From sequence record NC_052654.1: a DNA stretch of 64,000 nucleotides. The stretch is one strand, 5' to 3'. Made by a program: the position numbers and the translations under genes. Positions 56,950 to 64,000 of this stretch are shown one piece after another; position 1 is the first letter of the stretch, and every line of letters starts with the position of its first letter. Under the pieces are notes generated by a model. That model was given only the letters and a program-made list of their open reading frames with translations, was not told the origin of the DNA and searched no databases. The stretch comes from Escherichia phage vB_EcoM-Ro121c4YLVW.

Positions 56950-57294
56950 TTATTTTTTACGAAGGGAACGTTTTTTAGCTGGAGTGTCTACCGCTTCTAC
57001 TTTTAAAACTTCTTCTTTGATTTTTACAGGTGCATAGTCTTCGTAACTTACAAGATAGTAACCCATGTGTTCTTCACTTGCAAAAGGATGCACAAGAATA
57101 CCTGTTTCTTCTCTCAAACGCGTGAGGAAGTGAATGAAGTTTCCACCTAATGCAATACGACCATCTTTCAGATAGAAAGACATTGGTGGCGCAGATACTA
57201 ATGTTTTATCAGCATCAATCAGTGGTGAAAGCGATTCGAAATCACGAATCATTTCGTGATAACTAAAGTAACGTTTCAATTCTGGGTTTGACAT
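56950..57294 (-). CDS. hypothetical neck/head protein
   Basis: ATG at 57294 with GAGGAG RBS; the track ORF begins at a GTG at 57348 that would overlap the terminator hairpin. Confidence 0.45.
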   Translation of the reverse strand: MSNPELKRYFSYHEMIRDFESLSPLIDADKTLVSAPPMSFYLKDGRIALGGNFIHFLTRLREETGILVHPFASEEHMGYYLVSYEDYAPVKIKEEVLKVEAVDTPAKKRSLRKK

Positions 57295-57325
57295 ATCAAT
57301 CTCCTCGTTGTAAACTCTTATTGTA

Positions 57326-57358
57326 AACAGAAAAGGCTCGCCCATCACGGACGAGCCT
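57326..57358 (-). terminator. terminator-like hairpin (minus strand) after the major capsid gene
   Basis: Minus strand reads AGGCTCG-loop-CGAGCCT followed by TTTTCTGTTTAC. Confidence 0.5.
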
Positions 57359-57378
57359 CTAATCTTAACAGAGTTCTA

Positions 57379-58380
57379 TTAAGCCGTAGTCAGTTTAACT
57401 ACCAGTTCTGGACGGGTGTTAACTGCGAGCAGCGAGAATTCAGACTGAAGCTGAATAGTGCGGTGCTGGCTGATCATGAAGGTATACAGTTCACGAGCCT
57501 GGGTGTTAGCCAGTTCTGGAGTATCCGCAGGAGCGTAGTGCGCCTGGAACATACCTTCGATACCCATAGGCAGAACATATGCTTCACCAGCAGGGATGTT
57601 ACCGTGGATATCTTCAATGTAAGTTACACCATTCCATTCAAACACCTGAACATCCATGTTACCGCTAAGGCGGTCACGCAGAAGGTTAGGAGTTCCCTGG
57701 AAATACTGATATGCCTGGCGAACAAATGGAGAGTTAACCAGAGATGCGAAAAATTCACGAGAACACAGAGCTACGATACGAGTAGCGGTAGAGCCATCTT
57801 GTTTAGTATCGATGATGTAAGCACGAGCTTCTTGCTCGATAGTGGCTGCTGGAGAAACAGTGGTAGAAGCAAAGTCTACAGCAACAGATTTCTGGGTAGC
57901 ATTCCACTCGGTATACCAGTTGTATGCAGAGTTAGCTGCACCACCTACGCCGTTATAGGCACGACCCATAACTGCTTCTGCAAAGATTTTCTCTTTGGTT
58001 TTTGCTACGTCACGCAGAATCTGGGACATATAGCGGTTAACAACTTCAGCGTCTGTGCGCAGAGAGTCATTGATTCCTGCCATTGCAAAGCTACGGAAAG
58101 ATTGAATATCTTGAGCTTTGATGTTTTTATCCAGAGGGAAGAACGGAATGCGGAACGCTTTCAGTTCTGGATTTTTCATGGTCAGGAAGTTACGCTCACC
58201 ACCACGCTCACGAGCGGAGATCAGAGCATCTTCAGCTTTTTCTTTACCGATTTCAATAGCGGTAGTTGAATGATAGTCAACACTGAACAGATTCAGGCTG
58301 GCAATCAGTGTATCAGGGGAATCCTGAAGTTCGATCATAGGGCTGAAATCTACAACCTGATCTAAAATTACTGCTGGCAT
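57379..58380 (-). CDS. major capsid protein (lambda gpE-like family suggested)
   Basis: 333 aa; strongest optimal-codon bias in the window; ANTQARELYTF resembles a lambda E-type motif from memory; flanked by decoration and scaffold-like genes. Confidence 0.7.
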   Translation of the reverse strand: MPAVILDQVVDFSPMIELQDSPDTLIASLNLFSVDYHSTTAIEIGKEKAEDALISARERGGERNFLTMKNPELKAFRIPFFPLDKNIKAQDIQSFRSFAMAGINDSLRTDAEVVNRYMSQILRDVAKTKEKIFAEAVMGRAYNGVGGAANSAYNWYTEWNATQKSVAVDFASTTVSPAATIEQEARAYIIDTKQDGSTATRIVALCSREFFASLVNSPFVRQAYQYFQGTPNLLRDRLSGNMDVQVFEWNGVTYIEDIHGNIPAGEAYVLPMGIEGMFQAHYAPADTPELANTQARELYTFMISQHRTIQLQSEFSLLAVNTRPELVVKLTTA

Positions 58381-58401
58381 TATATTAATCTCCTATTAAA
58401 A

Positions 58402-58800
58402 TTAAGAAGTGAAAACGACTTTTTCGGTCAGTTTCAGATCATGTGTTTCCAGTGCTGCTACGCCAGCGTCATCTACCAGGGAGCCATCTTTGTAGTATAC
58501 TGCAAAGCGGTTCAGAGTAAGATCACGTACGCCAACAACTGCGGTGAAAGTGTCACCTACTGCTACATCGTCAATACCGAACAGAGCATCAGTCCAAATC
58601 AGAACTTTAGCAGCATCGGCAGCTTCAGCTTTAGCAGCTTCAGTGTTGTCAGCTTTCAGGATAGAACCAATTTTCATGGTTGCTGTTTTAACCAGGTTAA
58701 CTTCACGTACACAGTGTCCAAGGTCAGAGCTAAACACTCCACCCAGAACCAGGTGTCCGAATTCCTGGCGAGAGTTAGATAAAGTAATTCCTTTAGCCAT
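58402..58800 (-). CDS. head decoration protein (gpD-like), putative
   Basis: 132 aa gene immediately upstream of the capsid gene; high-expression codon usage; RBS AGGAGAT. Confidence 0.55.
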   Translation of the reverse strand: MAKGITLSNSRQEFGHLVLGGVFSSDLGHCVREVNLVKTATMKIGSILKADNTEAAKAEAADAAKVLIWTDALFGIDDVAVGDTFTAVVGVRDLTLNRFAVYYKDGSLVDDAGVAALETHDLKLTEKVVFTS

Positions 58801-58819
58801 TTAATTTAATCTCCTAAGA

Positions 58820-59935
58820 TTATTGTTTCTGGGCTTTTTTAAGTTCAGCAGCTTTCTGACTAATCAGTTCAGAAGAAGATTTAGCTACAGGTTGAGTATT
58901 GATCACATCAACACCACGTTCTGTTCCAAATTCTTTCTTAACTGCGTCCACTTCTGCACGTGCTTTTTCGAATGCTTTGACGATAGTTTCAGCGATATCT
59001 TTATTGTCTACCAGATATTTAACGAGAGCTTCAACTTTGTCTTCTTCTACGAAAGAATAGGATTTAACAACAGTTGTATATTCTTCTTCGATACGAGCTT
59101 GTTCAGCTTTACGAAGTTCTTCTGCTTCCTGTTCTGCCTTAGCGATTTTTTCCTGTGCTTCAAGTTCTGCGGCTGCACGTGCATCTGCGGCTGCTTTTTC
59201 TACAGCTTCAGCGATCTGTGCTTTCATCAGTTCTTGGAATTCAGCAGATTTCAGGAATTCTTCTTTGTTGATATTTTCCAAAGGGGTTTCTCCTTTATTG
59301 ATTCCAGTTGTGTTTGCAGATTTATCACCTGCGGGGTTAGCCTCTGCATCCACAGAGTTTGTATTAGCTTTAGCGTGAGCTTTCACTAAATAATCTTTAA
59401 CTTGACTTTGTTTCAAGGAACTCTTAACGAGATTACTCAAAGCATCGTCTAAAACGTCCTCAAAGAAATCAATGGAGATCATTACATCACCATCAACAAC
59501 TTGATAATCAGTAACACGAACAACAGGTTTAGCAACCTCTTCAACTTCAACATTCAGTCCGTCAACTTTAAAGCCAACAGAGAACATACCGTTATCTGAA
59601 CAGAAAATTGCAACGTTCGCATCGAAGTCAGCATCAATAACGTAAACCCAATCCCAACCAGCTTCAAATTTTTCACGCACTTTTTCAGAAATGCGATCCA
59701 TCACTTGTTGAATATAGCTTTTACGTAACTCTGTAACATCTTCTCCCATTTTAGTGAGAGCTTCTAACTTTTCAAAAGTTATGTCTGGAGATCCGTCTGA
59801 CTTAAATAAAAGGGGGGTATTGTAACCAGATGCCGCTCCACCTTGAAAATCAAAAGTGTAAGCAATATGAGCACCTAGTGACTCTTCCGTAGCTTTTCCA
59901 GAAAAGTCTACGTTAGTTAAATATGTATTTGCCAC
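58820..59935 (-). CDS. scaffolding protein, putative
   Basis: 371 aa with long Ala/Glu/Lys-rich coiled-coil C-terminal half; between portal and capsid genes. Confidence 0.55.
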   Translation of the reverse strand: MANTYLTNVDFSGKATEESLGAHIAYTFDFQGGAASGYNTPLLFKSDGSPDITFEKLEALTKMGEDVTELRKSYIQQVMDRISEKVREKFEAGWDWVYVIDADFDANVAIFCSDNGMFSVGFKVDGLNVEVEEVAKPVVRVTDYQVVDGDVMISIDFFEDVLDDALSNLVKSSLKQSQVKDYLVKAHAKANTNSVDAEANPAGDKSANTTGINKGETPLENINKEEFLKSAEFQELMKAQIAEAVEKAAADARAAAELEAQEKIAKAEQEAEELRKAEQARIEEEYTTVVKSYSFVEEDKVEALVKYLVDNKDIAETIVKAFEKARAEVDAVKKEFGTERGVDVINTQPVAKSSSELISQKAAELKKAQKQ

Positions 59936-59937
59936 GA

Positions 59938-60417
59938 TTAGTCCTTCTTGACTTTAACGCCCATTGCGCCTATACTCAAACCTTTAAGAACGCCGTCTTT
60001 ACGAGCTTGATATAATTCAGGGTCGTTGAATTGGATTTTAACGAGGGGAGTTCCTTCCACAACGAGTTCGTCACCAATGTAACAATCGACTTCATTTACC
60101 CAAGCTTTAATTGGAGAAAACTTATCGGTGTTCTTCATGTGACCAAGATTACCACTAATATTGGTAATATTCTCATTGAAGTTGTCAACCATCTTCCTGA
60201 TTTCCAAATCAGACATGCGCTCTCCGTGGAGATCGTCTTCTTCAGGTGGACAATACAAGACCTCAATAACCTGCATCTTTTCTTCATCAAATTTATTTTG
60301 TTTGACTAGAGTTTCAGGTTTTTGAGATGGTATAGAATCTTGTTGGGATTCAGAATTCTCTTTAAAACCAGCGAAGGTTTTGAAGAGTTCCCACAGTGTA
60401 TCTTTATTGAGTTCCAT
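59938..60417 (-). CDS. head morphogenesis protein (possibly prohead protease), putative
   Basis: 159 aa ORF between portal and scaffold; RBS AAGAGG. Confidence 0.4.
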   Translation of the reverse strand: MELNKDTLWELFKTFAGFKENSESQQDSIPSQKPETLVKQNKFDEEKMQVIEVLYCPPEEDDLHGERMSDLEIRKMVDNFNENITNISGNLGHMKNTDKFSPIKAWVNEVDCYIGDELVVEGTPLVKIQFNDPELYQARKDGVLKGLSIGAMGVKVKKD

Positions 60418-60453
60418 TTGAAACCTCTTAAAAACAGATATCCCATAAATCTT

Positions 60454-60482
60454 AGTCTACAGGATATTTGTTGTTTTGTCAA
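60454..60482 (-). promoter_or_regulatory. sigma70-like promoter candidate on minus strand (TTGACA, 17 nt, TAGACT) with A/T-rich upstream element
   Basis: Intergenic, between the portal stop and the downstream head gene. Confidence 0.45.
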
Positions 60483-60510
60483 TAGAAAAATTAAAAAATA
60501 TTAAATATTT

Positions 60511-62076
60511 TTAATTCGACAGGTTTTGTGCTGAAGGATCTAAAGCAGAAACAGTATCAGATGTTCCAGTTCCCGCTGTAGCTAAACCATCTCCTGATCG
60601 TGAAGTTTTATCAGGCATATAGTTATCCATGAATTCAAAGAATTTCTCTTTATTGGCAACAATATCGTCAGGGATGCGATATTCAAAACCAATTTTTTCA
60701 AGGAACTCGTTAATAACTTCTGGGGTTAAAGGTATTGCACCAGAGGCTACCAACTGCTGAATAGCTTTAGCATTTACTTCAATATCAGGATCACCCATTT
60801 CACCACTGACAAACTTAGGCATATCTTCATCAGAAAGGAAGATATTGTTTAGTCGTAGTGTTTGAGGGATCAGTTGAGAGTTTATAGCTTCTACAACAAT
60901 ATCTACATCTCGCTCAATAAAATGAGACAATAGTGTTTGTTTGTTGTCAGAAAGCGCAAAACTTCCTGCATCACCATCACCCATAATCAACACACCCGCA
61001 CCAAAGCGGTTATAAATATCTAGCTTGCGTTGTTTGATTAGTGCTTGAGTGTCAAACTGTTTACCCGTGCCATCAACACCTTGGAATACAAGATCGTATT
61101 GACGCATCACTGTGCCTTCATAAACGTCTGAAGGCAATACCATGTAGGCTTGCTCACCAGAGTGCAGGTTAGCGATGTTGGCTTGGAGAACTCGAAGAGA
61201 TTGTGCTTCATCCCCAGCAGGATCTAAAGATGCCCTGTTTAGAATGTCACTTGGAACCTTAAGAACTGGCATACCGCCTAAATCTTTAGATACCCCAATA
61301 ACCTCAAATTCCTGAATAAGAGATTTTTCACGCCAGCTACGATATACAGCTAAAAGCGGACTAACTCCTAGTGGGTTATTCTCTGTAATGTTACTACCAA
61401 CAAATAAAACTTTACTGAAAGGAATTTCTTTAATACCAGTTTCTAAAGTTGTATTACCTGGAGCTAACATCGTATTGGTGATATTCTGGTTAACAGATAG
61501 AATAGAACGTCCGTCTGCCGAATATGTAAAAGGTTGAGCCATGTGAAGAGTGTCTTGTGGTCTAAAAGCCAGTTTGGTCAATCGCCAATACCCAAAGTAA
61601 GGACTTTTAGGATCTTCATCCAACTCATAAACTTTCTCTGCGAATGCAAAACCATATTGCTTATATGTCAAAAGTGATCTAACATATTGACGTAGAGGGG
61701 CTTGCATATTGCGTAACATGTAATCAATAAACTTAGCAGCTTTTCTTGACTTTGCCGAGTTTACATTGTATTTTATCTTGAAATCAAAGAATGCTCTATC
61801 TACAAAGATATATGTAGCGTCAAGAGCAGTAGCTACATCAGGGTCTTCACCCATCTCTTTAAAAGTGCGAATACATTCTGGGAAACGAGTCTCATAAGGT
61901 TGCATGAAATTCGTAAATGCTTTGATTGAGTTTAATCCGATCGTTCCTATTTCAGGTGACAGGAGTAACGTTTTCTCTTTCTCTGCCTCTTTTGTTGGAG
62001 AGAGAGCAGCTTTATTTGCAGCACCTTTGTCCCAGTATTCTGACTTTTTAGTGTACGTTCTTTTTCCTGTTGACAC
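60511..62076 (-). CDS. portal protein
   Basis: 521 aa gene immediately downstream of the terminase large subunit; GTG start with GGAGG RBS. Confidence 0.7.
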   Translation of the reverse strand: MSTGKRTYTKKSEYWDKGAANKAALSPTKEAEKEKTLLLSPEIGTIGLNSIKAFTNFMQPYETRFPECIRTFKEMGEDPDVATALDATYIFVDRAFFDFKIKYNVNSAKSRKAAKFIDYMLRNMQAPLRQYVRSLLTYKQYGFAFAEKVYELDEDPKSPYFGYWRLTKLAFRPQDTLHMAQPFTYSADGRSILSVNQNITNTMLAPGNTTLETGIKEIPFSKVLFVGSNITENNPLGVSPLLAVYRSWREKSLIQEFEVIGVSKDLGGMPVLKVPSDILNRASLDPAGDEAQSLRVLQANIANLHSGEQAYMVLPSDVYEGTVMRQYDLVFQGVDGTGKQFDTQALIKQRKLDIYNRFGAGVLIMGDGDAGSFALSDNKQTLLSHFIERDVDIVVEAINSQLIPQTLRLNNIFLSDEDMPKFVSGEMGDPDIEVNAKAIQQLVASGAIPLTPEVINEFLEKIGFEYRIPDDIVANKEKFFEFMDNYMPDKTSRSGDGLATAGTGTSDTVSALDPSAQNLSN

Positions 62077-62145
62077 TTGTTCCTCCAGTCAGGTATAAAA
62101 TCGTTAAGGCAAGGCTGTATTATATACAACCTCACCTATCTAGTT

Positions 62146-62174
62146 ATAATACACTTTAAAGTGACTTTTGTCAA
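62146..62174 (-). promoter_or_regulatory. sigma70-like promoter candidate on minus strand (TTGACA, 17 nt, TATTAT)
   Basis: In the terminase-portal intergenic region. Confidence 0.45.
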
Positions 62175-62177
62175 CAA

Positions 62178-63947
62178 TTATCTTTTACGGACACTATACG
62201 GTTGGTGAAATCCGCTGTTCATTCTACTGTATCCTGTAGGAGCATTTGTTGTTGCAGGGATAGCTACTGCTTTGAAAGTATTCTCTTTTGACAGAGTATT
62301 GAAACAAGAAGCAGCAGCATCGGGAATGTCATCTTTAATAGTGGCTGTAGATCTTTCACCATTGAAAGATTCCAATTCTTTATAAAAGTGGGTTAAAGTT
62401 TCCACATTAGGGAAAGAATCTTCAACAATATAAACAAAACCGTTTTGACACGCACTACTAAAAGGCATAAAACGCTGAAGCTTTTTCTTGTTGCCTGGCA
62501 TAGCATCTGGTTTAACAACAAAACCCTCTAGAATAAGTTTCTTTGCAGACTCTGTATATTCTATTGTCCCAGCACCAGATGGGTCTTTAGGAAGAACTAC
62601 TGTAACTTCTGGTCCATCAATCTTACATTGATTTAGAATCAGGTTATCCCTTTCCCCAGGTAATCTTCGAAACCTTCCGAAAATTTTACTTTTCTCATCC
62701 ACAGCATCATAATCATAGTCACCAAAGATGTAGATATTACCATCTTGGTCTTTACCCATTTTGACAGATGTTGTATAGTCTGGATAACGATAAGTTTCTG
62801 TAGGAACTGAAACAGCTTTATCCCATGCTCGCATTAGTTTAAGATTATTAGGAACATCTTTATAAGATATCTTATGCAACCATTCACGTTGGAAGAAAGA
62901 CTCTTTCTGTATACGTGCAAACCAACAGCCGTCCAAGAGTTGTGCTCTTTTGATTGCTGTTTGTGATTTAAGCTGTGCTAAATAATTAGGGTTAAGCCTA
63001 ATCAATTCTGGGTTATCAAATATTGTCCCACCGATAAATACGAAAGTTTGTGGTTCAATAACAACTGTCTCCCCTGTATTAGGGTTTTCCATGAAACAGT
63101 TTTCTGGATATTTTTCTTTCAGTTCTTCAGGTGTGTCAGCAAAAACAGGTTCATCGTTAACAATGATGAAATATTTTTGTTTACCACACATATCTTCTCT
63201 AGGATAACCGCCCTCATCGAGATAAGGTAGTACCCAATTCAAAACCCAACTATCTGCATCGGGGTTACATGTGCACAACATGAAGCTTGTTTCTGATTCT
63301 GAACGCATACGTCCCAGAAGATAGAGCATTTCATACTGTGTGAAGTGGGTTAACTCGTCAAAACCTACCATTGAATACTGTGTACCCTGATGGTTTGTTT
63401 CTGCGGTTACGTTATCGTTTTCCAAATGGTCAAATTTGAGGGTTCCGCCGCCAGTGGCTTCAAAAATGATATCCATTGTACTTTCTTTTACGTGTGGTTG
63501 TAAAGGAAGATACAAACGTTTTGCTTCTGTAAACAGACCACCTGGTTTACGGTGAGCAGTGGTGTTCTTACGGAAAAGTATTCCACCAAACAAAGGGTCT
63601 TTGTAGGCGTATTTTAAAGCTTTCAGCAATAGCAGACGAGACTTGCCGCTATTCCCAGTAACGAAGCAGTGATCGCCACGTCTAAAGACAATATAGCTGC
63701 TTGGAGTCTCAAAACAATATTTCTTATCATCTGTTGAAATAACCTCGTGTATTTTTAAGTAAGTGCTCTTTTTACCAGGTATGTTAAAAGGAACACGTTT
63801 ACCGAATGGATTTTCTACATAACCTTGCAGGGGTTTTCCTATTTGCTGTAATGCAATAAGATCTCCTACAAGAATCTCGAAATGTTTCTTTGATTTCTTT
63901 TTCTTATAGAATACAAAACGGTGTTCCATACTAAGTTCTTGGAACAA
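62178..63947 (-). CDS. terminase large subunit
   Basis: Walker A-like VTGNSGKSR, Walker B MVGFDELTH, CTCNP motif, C-terminal nuclease motif LPKDPSGAG. Start uncertain (TTG 63947 or ATG 63929); upstream in-frame stop at 63963-63965. Confidence 0.85.
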   Translation of the reverse strand: MFQELSMEHRFVFYKKKKSKKHFEILVGDLIALQQIGKPLQGYVENPFGKRVPFNIPGKKSTYLKIHEVISTDDKKYCFETPSSYIVFRRGDHCFVTGNSGKSRLLLLKALKYAYKDPLFGGILFRKNTTAHRKPGGLFTEAKRLYLPLQPHVKESTMDIIFEATGGGTLKFDHLENDNVTAETNHQGTQYSMVGFDELTHFTQYEMLYLLGRMRSESETSFMLCTCNPDADSWVLNWVLPYLDEGGYPREDMCGKQKYFIIVNDEPVFADTPEELKEKYPENCFMENPNTGETVVIEPQTFVFIGGTIFDNPELIRLNPNYLAQLKSQTAIKRAQLLDGCWFARIQKESFFQREWLHKISYKDVPNNLKLMRAWDKAVSVPTETYRYPDYTTSVKMGKDQDGNIYIFGDYDYDAVDEKSKIFGRFRRLPGERDNLILNQCKIDGPEVTVVLPKDPSGAGTIEYTESAKKLILEGFVVKPDAMPGNKKKLQRFMPFSSACQNGFVYIVEDSFPNVETLTHFYKELESFNGERSTATIKDDIPDAAASCFNTLSKENTFKAVAIPATTNAPTGYSRMNSGFHQPYSVRKR

Positions 63948-64000
63948 TCCTACACCATTTGTTATTCTGTATAGATTATCTCCATTTAAATCGTATTCTA

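Noticed and set aside
57463-58269. 268-aa plus-strand ORF inside the major capsid gene (similarly 58823..59389, 25083..25796, 11395..11949 and 3136..3576 on the opposite strands of confident genes)
   Set aside because: These are antisense shadow ORFs of strongly supported genes, with odd composition and no RBS.
1-64000. tRNA genes, integrase, transposase or attachment sites (prophage or mobile-island signatures)
   Set aside because: The few intergenic gaps over 80 bp contain only terminators, hairpins or promoters, with no T-loop-like GTTCGA motifs in cloverleaf context and no recombinase-like ORFs. The region reads as a virulent phage genome segment.

Overview
The window looks like part of a virulent contractile-tailed phage genome (myovirus-type), probably infecting an enterobacterium; the host guess rests on strong AGGAGG ribosome-binding sites, TTGACA/TATAAT-type promoters and E. 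coli-like optimal codons in the most biased genes. All calls come from reading the six-frame translations and the DNA by eye; no database search was run. Positions 1-25.9 kb carry plus-strand early, replication and accessory genes: anaerobic ribonucleotide reductase NrdD/NrdG, a Ter-like accessory cluster, a signal-peptide endolysin, four glycosyltransferases, a T7 gp4-like primase-helicase, an orphan N6-adenine methyltransferase, a family A DNA polymerase interrupted by an intein, and an SSB. Positions 25.9-64 kb carry the minus-strand structural module, from terminase and portal through capsid, sheath, tube, tape measure and baseplate to at least six tail fibre or tailspike genes. The most interesting candidate is the Ter-like cluster (about 1.6-12.1 kb): HAD hydrolase, PRTase, TARG1-like macro domain, TerC, SprT-like protease, a possible TelA-like protein, a vWA (TerF-like) protein and TerD. 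No rRNA, tRNA, CRISPR array, integrase or transposase was recognised.
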